NCBI GenBank assembly: GCA_026395685.1
Contig: JAPLYG010000019.1
Span: forward strand, 1-62,097
Source: Candidatus Parcubacteria bacterium
Lineage (GTDB): Bacteria > Patescibacteriota > Patescibacteriia > CAIXNZ01
Direction: 5' to 3'
Length of the DNA stretch: 62,097 nt
The notes below the pieces were generated by a model. It worked only from the letters and a program-made list of their open reading frames with translations, searched no databases and had not been told where the DNA came from. This document shows positions 8,091 to 18,452 of this stretch, piece after piece. Made by a program: the position numbers and the translations under genes. Each line of letters begins with the position of its first letter. The first letter of the stretch is position 1.

Positions 8091-8654
8091 TTAAATTTTT
8101 TCAAAGATTAACCCCCAAAAATATTTACCAAACTCTGTCTGTAATTGCAGATTTAAACCCTCAGCTGTCGCATATTTAATTATAATCTGAGGATCAATTC
8201 TTTTTTCCACTGCCGGTCCAAAAGGCACTCCGATTTTTTTCCAGTCAATAATCACCAATTTACCTCCTTTTTTTACTAAGCGTGCTGCCTCTGTGACCAT
8301 ATTAGAGTGTTGGCTATTTTGGAACAAAACATTGATTAAAAAAACAACATCCAAGCTAGCTGCCGGAATCGGAGTAGATCCGACTATTTCCAGATTGCTG
8401 CGTACGGTATTCAAGTTGTTTAAGGCTTCACGCGCTGCCCGATGTTTAACCGAATCCAAAACAGAACTCTGAATATCAACGGCATATGCAAGGCCATCTT
8501 TACCTACAATTCTTGCAGCCGGAATTATAAAATGGCCCAAATTTCCGCAGCCTAAATCAGCAACCTTCATTCCTTGTATTAAACCGACCTTATCCAATAC
8601 TTCCTTTGGGTCTAAAAATTGTAAGCCTCCTGATTCTGACATATATTTTATCAT
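8091..8654 (-). CDS. Class I SAM-dependent methyltransferase
   Basis: 187 aa. Motif I is VADLGCGNLG, and post-I/II acidic residues are present. Confidence 0.7.
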   Translation of the reverse strand: MIKYMSESGGLQFLDPKEVLDKVGLIQGMKVADLGCGNLGHFIIPAARIVGKDGLAYAVDIQSSVLDSVKHRAAREALNNLNTVRSNLEIVGSTPIPAASLDVVFLINVLFQNSQHSNMVTEAARLVKKGGKLVIIDWKKIGVPFGPAVEKRIDPQIIIKYATAEGLNLQLQTEFGKYFWGLIFEKI

Positions 8655-8686
8655 TAAAAATTATAACTTATAATTAATGCCTATAT

Positions 8687-8932
8687 TTATTTTTTGGGCA
8701 AAATCGGTCCCAACATCCAAAGTATGAGCGGTCCGAAAAGATTAAAAATCATTAAAAGACCTAAAATAACAAAGCCTATGCCCAGCAATTTGAAAAAAAA
8801 ATAAGTTCCCCCCTGCAAATGCTGCTCAGCCCATTCAATTCTGCCCACATTTTCAACAAACCAATCAGTTTTGGCTACTAATATTGGGCCTAAGATAAAA
8901 AAAATTCCGCCAAAAATTTGTACATATATCAT
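8687..8932 (-). CDS. Small hypothetical membrane protein
   Basis: 81 aa with three hydrophobic helices. Confidence 0.45.
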   Translation of the reverse strand: MIYVQIFGGIFFILGPILVAKTDWFVENVGRIEWAEQHLQGGTYFFFKLLGIGFVILGLLMIFNLFGPLILWMLGPILPKK

Positions 8933-9025
8933 AAACTCGAATTTTTACGCATTAAAACTCCGAAATCAATGCCAAAAAATATCTATAAGTATAATAGCAA
9001 AATATTGGATAATTGACAATTTTTC

Positions 9026-9054
9026 TTGATATTTAACAAAATAATTGCTATTAT
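9026..9054 (+). promoter_or_regulatory. Sigma70-type promoter (TTGATA-N17-TATTAT, TGC extended -10)
   Basis: TTGATA at 9026-9031, spacer ending in TGC, TATTAT at 9049-9054. Located 40 nt upstream of the ferredoxin ATG. Confidence 0.5.
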
Positions 9055-9094
9055 TTAGATATGAATAATTGCGCTTAATTCTTAAAAATTATCT

Positions 9095-9283
9095 ATGAAA
9101 CCAATCATCAACCGCGAAATGTGCATTGGCTGCGGCATGTGCGAAAATATCTGCCCGGAAGTATTTAAGCTTAATGACGGTAAAAGTGAAGTAATAAATC
9201 TGCCTGATTATACAGTTTTTAAAGAAAAAATTGAGCAGGCAAAAGATTCTTGCCCTGTGCAGGCCATTGATATTGAGGAATAA
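9095..9283 (+). CDS. Small single-cluster ferredoxin
   Basis: 62 aa. CIGCGMCENICP plus a distal CP (DSCPVQAI). A hairpin plus T-run follows at 9290-9323. Confidence 0.75.
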   Translation: MKPIINREMCIGCGMCENICPEVFKLNDGKSEVINLPDYTVFKEKIEQAKDSCPVQAIDIEE

Positions 9284-9330
9284 AAATACACCAAAAAACA
9301 CTCCTAGTTATGGGGTGTTTTTTAGTTCTA

Positions 9331-9404
9331 TGGGCGCTGAAGGAGTCGAACCCTCGACCTACTCGGTGTAAACGAGTCGCTCTAACCAGCTGAGCTAAGC
9401 GCCC
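9331..9404 (-). tRNA. tRNA-Val (anticodon UAC)
   Basis: The reverse complement GGGCGCTTAGCTCAGCTGGTTAGAGCGACTCGTTTACACCGAGTAGGTCGAGGGTTCGACTCCTTCAGCGCCCA folds as a cloverleaf with anticodon loop TTTACAC. Confidence 0.9.
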
Positions 9405-9604
9405 TAAATAAGTCTAAAGTTTAAAGTCCAAAGTCTAAAGTGTGGAATGCGCTTAGCGAAGCTGGTTAACGTCCGTAAATATCTTTAAGTCTGTACTGCC
9501 TGCCCAGCTGCTCGCAAGCGGCTGGGCCTGTCCGCCGTAGCGTAGCGAAGGCGGAAGCTAAGCGCCCTAAATAAGTCTAAAGTTTAAAGTCCAAAGTCTA
9601 AAGT
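9393..9604. repeat. Perfect 49-bp direct repeat (9393-9441 and 9556-9604) flanking a 114-bp insert
   Basis: AGCTAAGCGCCCTAAATAAGTCTAAAGTTTAAAGTCCAAAGTCTAAAGT occurs twice. It covers the first 12 nt of tRNA-Val plus 37 nt upstream. The insert holds REP-like hairpins and an inverted tRNA-Val 5'-like fragment. Confidence 0.8.
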
Positions 9605-9628
9605 AAAGTATTCTACAATTTATTAAAA

Positions 9629-9712
9629 TGCCGAGGAGGAGACTCGAACTCCTATAGCCTTGCGGCTGCTACCACCTCAAGGTAGTGCGTCTACCAATTT
9701 CGCCACCTCGAC
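9629..9712 (-). tRNA. tRNA-Leu (anticodon GAG), long variable arm
   Basis: The reverse complement GTCGAGGTGGCGAAATTGGTAGACGCACTACCTTGAGGTGGTAG...GGAGTTCGAGTCTCCTCCTCGGCA folds as a type II tRNA with anticodon loop TTGAGGT. Confidence 0.9.
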
Positions 9713-9793
9713 TTATCTCCTCAATATTTAATAACAAATGCGATAAAAAAATAATATCACAAATAATGCATTAGAGCAAGACCTGAATCTATC

Positions 9794-9817
9794 AAAAAAA
9801 GGAAGGCAGTGCCTTCC
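9794..9817 (-). terminator. Intrinsic terminator
   Basis: GGAAGGC-ACU-GCCUUCC followed by U7 on the minus strand, just after the zinc-ribbon ORF. Confidence 0.6.
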
Positions 9818-9826
9818 TTGATACTT

Positions 9827-10150
9827 CTAGGTTGAACCAATTGCCTTGACCAGATATACATCAGCGTTAACAGGTAAACTTCCGCTGTAGCAGAAATCAC
9901 ATTTGGGCGAAACAATCAGAAGTTTTGTCCCGTTAGTTAGCTGAAATTTGCCGGCAATCATCGGATGATTTTCAGGTATTTCATGAAGACTTCGGCACTG
10001 GGTGCAAAATTGCGCAATCCTTGATTTCTCAAAAACTATATTATGGCAATCAGGGCATAAAAACTCCCTGGTGCTTATTCCTTCATCGCCACAAATCAAG
10101 CATTTTTTGCCTTCCCCTGTTTTTGCCTCATCCTTTACATTAAACTGCAT
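9827..10150 (-). CDS. Cys-rich zinc-ribbon protein of unknown function
   Basis: Start refined to MQFNVK (ATG at 10150, preceded by AAGGGGGTG). Three CxxC pairs plus CDFC. Confidence 0.5.
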   Translation of the reverse strand: MQFNVKDEAKTGEGKKCLICGDEGISTREFLCPDCHNIVFEKSRIAQFCTQCRSLHEIPENHPMIAGKFQLTNGTKLLIVSPKCDFCYSGSLPVNADVYLVKAIGST

Positions 10151-10204
10151 GACACACCCCCTTTTACTTGCCGACATTTAATCTTAGCAGAATATCGAAT
10201 TTTG

Positions 10205-11062
10205 TCAAGAGGGGCTATTTAATCTTTCAATTATCTGCTTGGCGATATTATCCACCCAGGCTTCATAGAGTTCGGGGTCTTTGTCTTTTTCCGGCACAGC
10301 GCCGGATACTATTATATAATTTTTTCTTGATTCTTTTGGATCTTGTTTTCCCTCCAGCCAGGAAGTGGCGTCAATTTCCGCAGTTTTCAATTCACCCAGA
10401 GCATCTTTATAATACACTAACATGTCAACGCCATGAAATCTATCCAGAGTAGTGCGGGTATCATTATAAAAATGCAGCCTATTTAATAAGACCGCCTTAG
10501 TTTTCGGGTCAAGGTCAGGGGAAATTGCAGGGTTTTTATAAGGTCGAAAACCCAAAAGATTTTCTGCCACCTTATTATAAACATCCCGCCACCAGGTTTT
10601 TTCCGGCAAAATGCGCAAATCAATTTTTTTCACCGTCCTTTTTCCATGTTCATCAACAAAAGTCAGATCATAAGATTGCTGTCTTTTGGGAAAATATTTT
10701 ACAATCGCCTCTCTGGCAATATTAAAAGGCCGGTGTTCCAGATAATTTCCCAAGCCATATTTTTCAAATTCAGCCTCCCCGATTTCTTTTTTCAAATCAT
10801 CATTATTCTTATACAAATCATCGCCCACCGCCACCTTGCCTAAAAGATAAAGCTCATATTCAGTTCCGGTCATTTCCATATTCTGATTGGCCAATAAAAT
10901 CAATTTCGCCCAGAGATAATCCTGTTTTTCTTTGGCCCGTTTTCTGGCTGCTTCTTCAGGCGAAATAGAGCCGGCTTTTCTCCGGATCACTCTGGTTACT
11001 TGTTTAGACGGGTCAATATTACCCGTACCGGTATTCATGCCTGTATTTGGTATTTCAAACAT
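10205..11062 (-). CDS. Hypothetical protein
   Basis: 285-aa uninterrupted ORF with no recognisable motif. Confidence 0.5.
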   Translation of the reverse strand: MFEIPNTGMNTGTGNIDPSKQVTRVIRRKAGSISPEEAARKRAKEKQDYLWAKLILLANQNMEMTGTEYELYLLGKVAVGDDLYKNNDDLKKEIGEAEFEKYGLGNYLEHRPFNIAREAIVKYFPKRQQSYDLTFVDEHGKRTVKKIDLRILPEKTWWRDVYNKVAENLLGFRPYKNPAISPDLDPKTKAVLLNRLHFYNDTRTTLDRFHGVDMLVYYKDALGELKTAEIDATSWLEGKQDPKESRKNYIIVSGAVPEKDKDPELYEAWVDNIAKQIIERLNSPS

Positions 11063-11091
11063 AAAAAAATTTCTAAATACTAATTTTTTAT

Positions 11092-12114
<1,023 letters not shown>

Positions 12115-12124
12115 TTATGCTTAT

Positions 12125-12153
12125 ATTATAAACAGTCGGACACTTAATGTCAA
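12125..12153 (-). promoter_or_regulatory. Consensus sigma70 promoter (TTGACA-N17-TATAAT) for trpS
   Basis: The minus strand reads TTGACATTAAGTGTCCGACTGTTTATAAT. The leader to the ATG is only about 20 nt, with no T-box. Confidence 0.6.
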
Positions 12154-12229
12154 TTAAATTTACCCTGATTTTATAAACAAAAAAAGGACAAATTGCCCTC
12201 AAATAAATATAATTTCGAGTTAAAATTTA

Positions 12230-12736
12230 TTATTTCTTTCTGATAATTTTTCCAAAGATGCAGAGATCTAAAAATCTGTTGCCGATTTTGCCGGCTTTTG
12301 ACAAAGTGCCTTCGCACAAAAAACCGCATTTATTTAAAACCGCTATTTCATTTGCATTCTGGGAAGCTGTTATGGCTTGGATTCGATCACACTTATATTT
12401 TTTTTCTAATAAACTGATTAACACCTGATGGCTGTGCAGTCCATACCCCTGCCCCCGCTGACTGGGAATAATTGTCGCGCCTATTTCAAAAGAATTGAAT
12501 CGGGGCTCAGGCGCCCAGTATGCATAACCTAATAATTCCCCGCTCATTTTATTTTTTACTAAATAATATTTAACTTTGGTTTTGCTGAATTTATGTTTAA
12601 AAGCCAAAAATGGACGGCCATAATGCGGCTGAAAATTACCAACGATTTTTTTATCACTGATTAAAAAATACAAATCCTTTAAATTGCGATTGGTAACAGA
12701 CACCAGCTTGATTTTTTTATTATTGACTTGTGACAT
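12230..12736 (-). CDS. GNAT family N-acetyltransferase (RimJ/RimL-like)
   Basis: 168 aa. Acetyl-CoA motif QRGQGYG, C-terminal N..A....K.GF..EG. Confidence 0.7.
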   Translation of the reverse strand: MSQVNNKKIKLVSVTNRNLKDLYFLISDKKIVGNFQPHYGRPFLAFKHKFSKTKVKYYLVKNKMSGELLGYAYWAPEPRFNSFEIGATIIPSQRGQGYGLHSHQVLISLLEKKYKCDRIQAITASQNANEIAVLNKCGFLCEGTLSKAGKIGNRFLDLCIFGKIIRKK

Positions 12737-12741
12737 ACATT

Positions 12742-14100
12742 TTATCTATTTTTTTCAACTTTCATTCTAATTTTTGCCAGGCTGCGCGAATGCAGGTCGC
12801 AGCCGGAAAATTTAGCGCTGTGAGTAAATTGGCCGGGACAGCCTCCCTGGCAATATTTAAAATTTTTGCATCTGCGACAGCATTCATTATCCCCGATTTT
12901 ATGATTAATTCTGGTTTGGGCGATGGAATTCCAGATTTGTTTAAGGTTGCTGGTTGTTGCCGCTGCCATATTATAATATTTTTTGCCGAATCTTTTGCCA
13001 AACAGGCTACAAAAAGATATGCCTTCCGGACCAAATGTTAATAAGCCTAAATCATGCAAACAAATCGGATCAGATAATTTTTTACTGACTTTTTTTATGG
13101 TTTTTGGCCAATCATAAATCTGATTAACGGAAAACTTCTTAAAAGTATTTTTTGAATTTTCGACCAGAGACTTAAATTTTCTAACTACTGCCAAAAGCTG
13201 ATCCTGAGTTAAACCGAGCTTTTGCTGATTATCTGTCCAGTTGCCGGTCAAGGTGGGTATTTCAATTAGCCATTCCTCAATCCCCAGTTCATTGACGATT
13301 TTAAAAATTTTCTTTTCTTTATTAATCCAGTCTTTGGAGACCATACTGACAACCTTCACCTTAATACCGGCCTTAATCAGTTTTTTTATATTGGAAATTG
13401 TTTTGGCAAAACATCCTTTTACGCCCCTGATTTTTTCATGAGCCGATTTATCACCGTCAATACTGACTTGCACATTTTCAGCATAATCGTACTTTTTGAA
13501 AATTTTCAATATTGGCCGGATGTTACTGGTGGCATTGGTATTGATGGTAAAAAAAATGCATTTCTCATCCAATTTGGAACACACATAATCCAAATCTTCA
13601 GGAAAAAGAAGCGGCTCTCCGCCGCTTAAAACAACACGCTCCAAACCCAACTTATGTAAATTATTAACAATCAAATCAACCTGCCCTTTGCTAAACTTAT
13701 GTTTTTGAGTTTCTTTTTTATTGATATAGTAGCAATGTTTGCAGAATAAATTGCAAATATTGGTCAAATGCCAGATTGCGCCGCGACAGGAAGCATTTAA
13801 ATTTTTCACTTCCACAATTTGATTTTTATTTATATATCCCGCACCGAGTTCAATAAAATTATTCAAAAGTGTATTTTTTGTTAGTTGTTTTAAAGTTAAT
13901 TTCTCCCGAAATAATTGGAAATAAGCCTTGGCTATTGCCTCAAAATTCTTATGACCGTCAAATTCCTTTAAAAAATCAAAAGTCTTTTTATCTACTACAA
14001 AAACTCCGTCATTTTTTATTCTGGCAATAATATCGGTTGGCTGCCAAAAGCTGCAGCTTCTTTTCCTAAGAATAACACCCTTCTTTAGCCTGAAATTCAT
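12742..14100 (-). CDS. Radical SAM/SPASM maturase with N-terminal PqqD-like (RRE) domain
   Basis: 452 aa. About 100 aa of RRE-like N-terminus, CNLFCKHC (CX3CX2C), and a C-terminal Cys-rich SPASM region (CCRRCKNFKYCQGGCPG). Confidence 0.75.
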   Translation of the reverse strand: MNFRLKKGVILRKRSCSFWQPTDIIARIKNDGVFVVDKKTFDFLKEFDGHKNFEAIAKAYFQLFREKLTLKQLTKNTLLNNFIELGAGYINKNQIVEVKNLNASCRGAIWHLTNICNLFCKHCYYINKKETQKHKFSKGQVDLIVNNLHKLGLERVVLSGGEPLLFPEDLDYVCSKLDEKCIFFTINTNATSNIRPILKIFKKYDYAENVQVSIDGDKSAHEKIRGVKGCFAKTISNIKKLIKAGIKVKVVSMVSKDWINKEKKIFKIVNELGIEEWLIEIPTLTGNWTDNQQKLGLTQDQLLAVVRKFKSLVENSKNTFKKFSVNQIYDWPKTIKKVSKKLSDPICLHDLGLLTFGPEGISFCSLFGKRFGKKYYNMAAATTSNLKQIWNSIAQTRINHKIGDNECCRRCKNFKYCQGGCPGQFTHSAKFSGCDLHSRSLAKIRMKVEKNR

Positions 14101-14309
14101 ATTTTAGAATTAAAAAATATGTTTAAATCAAAAATTCAAACATTTTTGCGATCTATATATCTCCGATTCTTAATCCGATGACCAGCCTCCCTGGCTTGTT
14201 TTTCGGATTGCTTTTGCTTTCTTGATTACTAATCTCATAAAATTCAACAATTAATTAAGTGTCTACTAATAGTATAAATAGTAACTAAACTGCTGTCAAA
14301 CACCCATTT

Positions 14310-16538
14310 TCAGATTGTATTGCTTGGCATTTCAACCTTAGGAATTTTTGCACCAATTTTAAACTCAATCATAAACCTGCTTCCCTTGCCTTCGCCGTCG
14401 CTTTCAGCCCAGATTTTGCCGTTATGCTTTTCAATAATATTTTTAGCTATATAAAGTCCCAATCCAGTGCCCTCGGTGTGTACTAACTGCACGCCCTTAA
14501 CACGGGAGAATTTCTGGAATAATAAAGTCATATCCTCAGCTGCGATACCGCGGCCGGTATCTTCTACTTTAAAGAGAACATGGTCATCAGTTTTTTCCAG
14601 AGACACAGTAACTTTGCCTTTGGGCGTATATTTAATTGCATTATCAATCAGATTCATTATCACTTCCCTGACCTTGCTCTGATCCAGAGATAACTTGGGA
14701 ATTTTCTTCTTGGGCTTAATATAAATAAGCTGTAAATCTTTCTTTTTTGCCTGAATCTGCAATTCTGAAAAAACATCCTCAACCATTGCCGCTAAATCAG
14801 TCAGTTTGAACTCGTATTCCAGGCGTCCGCTTTCAATACGGGAAATATTCAAAAGATCTTCTACCAGATGAATAATACGGTCCGTTGAAAGGAAGACGCG
14901 GTCGATCGGCTGTTCCATATAGGCAGGCACTTTGCCAAAATCGCCCTGTTTAATCATAGAGATATATCCGATAATTGCGGTTAAAGGCGTTCTTAATTGA
15001 TGAGAAGCGATGGAAATAAAATCTGACTTGGCTTCATCAAGCTTTTTAAGCTGTATATTGGCGGTACGCAACTCCTTTGTTGCCTTATCAACTTCATCTT
15101 TCAGATGCACGGCAAAAAGCTTTTGTTCCTCATATAACTGGGAGTTTTTTATGGCAATGGCCGCCTGGCTGGCAATAATCCCCAAAATTTTGATATCCTC
15201 ACTGCTATAAATATCGCCTGACTTTTTATCACCCATGAATAATATGCCGACCAGCTCATCTTTCACAAACATTGGAATTACCAGGCTGACGTCATTCCTA
15301 TCTAATTCTGCAATTAACAAACCCAGCACTTTATTATTCATTTGTTCATTGGATTTCTTTATTTCTTCACGCACAATAATATTTTTTTCTAAATTTTTCT
15401 TTTTTAAAAAACCAAAAACCTTGGCAAAAAGATCCTTGTTAATTTTCTTAACCGAACCTTCAACATCTTTACCGGCAATACTGATCTTCTCATACTCATC
15501 ACTGTCTTTTTGATAAAGAAAAAGTGAAGATACTGTAGTTTTAAAAATTTCATGAGTTTTTGCCACGATATATTTGCTAATCAGGTTTAAATCTAATGTC
15601 GCGGTCAATTGTTCAGAAAACTCAGCCAAAACTTCCTGGGGTTTATACTCGGCTTTAAAAAGAAACTTATCAGTTACCCGCGACAGCAGCTTTTTCAACG
15701 GTTCAAACCCGACAGCGACAAAGATAGCTGTAATTATAGCGTTTACAATCAAATTTTGGGTTCCGATAATATCCTGGAATAAGGCACTAACGACATATGT
15801 AAATAAAGCATATGCGCCTGTTATTATTACTACCAAAATGGTAAAAATTATTGAACGCTTGATAACAAATCTTATATCAATAAATCGGTATTTTAAAATT
15901 GAATAAGCAATAATTGAAAAACTTACTGGCAAAAGAAAATTGAGATATGGATATATATAAATATCCATAACCGGTAAAAAATCAAACAGTCCCCCGAATA
16001 TTGATAAAAAGACAGCAATAGAAAAATATTTCAGCTGAGCCCTATATAAACCAGATGATTTTCTTGCGATAATAATCGCTTTATATACACAATATATTAA
16101 AACCGAGCAGAACCAAACTAAGAATATTTTGTATAATAAAGTTGCCGGGTTAAGATAGTAAAATTGATTAAATAAGAATTTCACATCTACAATAAATAAA
16201 TCCGAAGTAAAGATTAAAGCCAAATAAAATAAGGAAAGAATATAATTGTACTTTATTATTCTATCCTTATTAAGAGTTAAAAAATTATTTGTAAAATGAA
16301 AAAGCAGTGATGGGATAAAAACAACTCCCACATAAGACAATCTCCAAAGTAACAGGGAAAATTCTCGATTTTGTGACGACCCGATAAAAATGACTCCTAA
16401 GCCCCAAATAAATAGTGACAATAAAAATAACGCCCATAATGACTGCAATATGGTGCGTTGTTTTTTTAATAATATAAACAATATTATAATTCCTGATGTT
16501 ATAACAATAAATATCCCGGAAAGTGAAAAAATGGTCAT
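14310..16538 (-). CDS. Sensor histidine kinase (multi-TM N-terminus, GAF-like, HisKA, HATPase_c)
   Basis: 742 aa. H-box SHQLRTPLT, N-box DNAIKYT, G-boxes DTGRGI and GTGLGL. No adjacent response regulator. Confidence 0.85.
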   Translation of the reverse strand: MTIFSLSGIFIVITSGIIILFILLKKQRTILQSLWALFLLSLFIWGLGVIFIGSSQNREFSLLLWRLSYVGVVFIPSLLFHFTNNFLTLNKDRIIKYNYILSLFYLALIFTSDLFIVDVKFLFNQFYYLNPATLLYKIFLVWFCSVLIYCVYKAIIIARKSSGLYRAQLKYFSIAVFLSIFGGLFDFLPVMDIYIYPYLNFLLPVSFSIIAYSILKYRFIDIRFVIKRSIIFTILVVIITGAYALFTYVVSALFQDIIGTQNLIVNAIITAIFVAVGFEPLKKLLSRVTDKFLFKAEYKPQEVLAEFSEQLTATLDLNLISKYIVAKTHEIFKTTVSSLFLYQKDSDEYEKISIAGKDVEGSVKKINKDLFAKVFGFLKKKNLEKNIIVREEIKKSNEQMNNKVLGLLIAELDRNDVSLVIPMFVKDELVGILFMGDKKSGDIYSSEDIKILGIIASQAAIAIKNSQLYEEQKLFAVHLKDEVDKATKELRTANIQLKKLDEAKSDFISIASHQLRTPLTAIIGYISMIKQGDFGKVPAYMEQPIDRVFLSTDRIIHLVEDLLNISRIESGRLEYEFKLTDLAAMVEDVFSELQIQAKKKDLQLIYIKPKKKIPKLSLDQSKVREVIMNLIDNAIKYTPKGKVTVSLEKTDDHVLFKVEDTGRGIAAEDMTLLFQKFSRVKGVQLVHTEGTGLGLYIAKNIIEKHNGKIWAESDGEGKGSRFMIEFKIGAKIPKVEMPSNTI

Positions 16539-16571
16539 AAAATTAATATTACCTCCATATATTATAACATA

Positions 16572-16605
16572 ATTAAAACGCCCGTGGAAACTTGTCCACG
16601 GGCGT
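16572..16605 (-). terminator. Strong intrinsic terminator closing the island
   Basis: ACGCCCGUGGA-CAAGUU-UCCACGGGCGU followed by UUUUAAUU on the minus strand. Confidence 0.7.
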
Positions 16606-16613
16606 CGGTGCTC

Positions 16614-17714
16614 CTATTTACCGAGCAGGCTTAGTATTTTCTGTCTCTTGTCGTGTTCCTCCTTGGTGATTTCGGTTTTCTCAACGATTAGCTTTGCATA
16701 GGGCATAAGCGTCATTGATAACCACCAGCGTAGGGACTCCTCCTCGAAAGAAAGAATTTTAAATCCCCAGAACTGATTTCCGTCTTGCCAGCTAACGAGG
16801 GGCAAGATGTAAAAATCAAGCGTGGTATCACGCCAGCCCCAAAGCTGATTCAGTACGATTGGTATTGTACCCTTCTCGTAGATGAAAACCTCAAACAAAG
16901 GCATTTCTACCCATTTGTTTATGATGGGGAGTTCACCAATCAGATTTGGAATCGGTCGGTGCATGTCTGCGAGAAAGAAATGACCACCGGGTTTCAAAAC
17001 CTTTAAAACCCCTTCAAAGACGCTCTTAGGGTCATTGATTCCGCCGATGCCGCACATTTGAGTCACGACATCAAAGGATTCAGCTTTGAAACGACTGTTC
17101 TCGCCGTCAGCGCTTTTACCGTCAGGCGAATACAAATCCATGGCGTTGCCTTTAACAAAGTCTGTCAGGATGTTGGCAAACAGATACGGTCGTTTTTCAG
17201 CCACGCCCAGCATGCTACGGTTGTAATCCAGCCCAGTAAGACAAACATTAAGACGCTTGGTGATGTTACGGCTGGCTAGAATCTTGCAGATTTCCAACAA
17301 GGTAAGACCAGTGCCGGTGCAAAGGTCCAGCACAGTGATCTCATTTGGCTGATTTTTCTGACAATAAGCCGCTACAGCTTCACCAGCCTTACGACGCCAG
17401 ATGGTATCCTGCCCTCTGGTTGTAAAATGATGTTTTCTGTCATACCCCAGGGCTTCTCGAGTATAAACTCTTTCGACTTCTTCGATATCCAGACTGCCAG
17501 GTTGATCTTTTCGAGGTAGTAAAAAAGTTTTCACTCCCATGGCTAAAAGGAATAGAACAAATTCCAGTAGCTTGAATTTCAGATAGCCTGACTTGAATTC
17601 CACATCTATCATAAGATGATCTGGGAAATAAAGCGCCAGATCCTCAGAAGTAATTCCAAGTTCTTTGGCCTTTTCTTCACTGATATCCAAAAGCTTCTTG
17701 TAAATATACTGCAT
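16614..17714 (-). CDS. Class I SAM-dependent methyltransferase with an N-terminal extension
   Basis: 366 aa. Motif I is VLDLCTGTGL, followed by LKPGGHFFLADM. RBS GGGAGGA. Confidence 0.7.
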   Translation of the reverse strand: MQYIYKKLLDISEEKAKELGITSEDLALYFPDHLMIDVEFKSGYLKFKLLEFVLFLLAMGVKTFLLPRKDQPGSLDIEEVERVYTREALGYDRKHHFTTRGQDTIWRRKAGEAVAAYCQKNQPNEITVLDLCTGTGLTLLEICKILASRNITKRLNVCLTGLDYNRSMLGVAEKRPYLFANILTDFVKGNAMDLYSPDGKSADGENSRFKAESFDVVTQMCGIGGINDPKSVFEGVLKVLKPGGHFFLADMHRPIPNLIGELPIINKWVEMPLFEVFIYEKGTIPIVLNQLWGWRDTTLDFYILPLVSWQDGNQFWGFKILSFEEESLRWWLSMTLMPYAKLIVEKTEITKEEHDKRQKILSLLGK

Positions 17715-17851
17715 CGTTTTGTCCTCCCTATCCAGAAAATTTCTTGACTTTGGTTTCTGTTGCGAACACCTATGAAAACCCGAGTGGGCAAGAAAAGATT
17801 ATTTAAAGGTACGGAAAAATACACCTAAAAACTGAACCTATGTTAGGTTGA

Positions 17852-17880
17852 ATCATAACATCGGTTTTATGGTCTGTCAA
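17852..17880 (-). promoter_or_regulatory. Sigma70-type promoter (TTGACA-N17-TATGAT)
   Basis: The minus strand reads TTGACAGACCATAAAACCGATGTTATGAT. A leader of about 130 nt precedes the methyltransferase ATG. Confidence 0.5.
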
Positions 17881-17985
17881 GGGGGGTGGCAATGGCCACT
17901 TGACAAGAACATAAAAATATTACTTAATATCATTTTTAATTGAAAAAGCGCAGAGAAACGGAGTTCCGCTTGTCTGCGCTGAAAG

Positions 17986-18267
17986 TTACTGCCACCTCAG
18001 AGTATCGCCTGTATAAAGTAAAAGGAGCCGAAGCTCGAGTTCTGACAATTTTTTCTGGGCACGCAATTTTTGGGTTTCAGATGAAAGATCATCAGGATCT
18101 ATTTCTTCTTCAGTTTCGACCAACATATCCAGACATTGGTCGGAAAAAAGGAAAGTAATCAACTGCAAATCTTTATCCGGCTCAACAGGCTGGAGATTAT
18201 ATTGCTTCATCAATGCCTGGCTGACCAGTACTATGCGGGTCTGATTAAACGCTTTAATGATTTGCAT
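17986..18267 (-). CDS. Small acidic hypothetical protein (93 aa)
   Basis: Strong RBS AAAGGAGGAAAATC-ATG, its own TTGACG-N17-TAAGGT promoter, and its own terminator (about 17940-17975). Confidence 0.55.
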   Translation of the reverse strand: MQIIKAFNQTRIVLVSQALMKQYNLQPVEPDKDLQLITFLFSDQCLDMLVETEEEIDPDDLSSETQKLRAQKKLSELELRLLLLYTGDTLRWQ

Positions 18268-18370
18268 GATTTTCCTCCTTTACCTGACTCAATCTTACTG
18301 ACTTCTTACCTTAACAAGAAATGATTATCTCGTCAAGAGGCTGTATTATCAATAACTAGCAGGAGGAATT

Positions 18371-18437
18371 AAAATAAAACACGTCGCTCGCGAGCGACGT
18401 GTTAAAAAAAAAGCGCTCCGACATAATCGAAACGCTT
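18371..18437 (-). terminator. Two tandem terminator hairpins
   Basis: AAGCGUUUCGA...UCGGAGCGCUU followed by U9, then the perfect palindrome ACACGTCGCTCGCGAGCGACGTGT followed by UUUAUUUU. Confidence 0.6.
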
Positions 18438-18452
18438 GCAATCAAGAATATT

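Noticed and set aside
12730-13041. 103-aa (+) and 90-aa (-) ORFs within the radical SAM gene
   Set aside because: They overlap the SPASM-encoding 3' end of a gene with clear motifs and have no independent signals.
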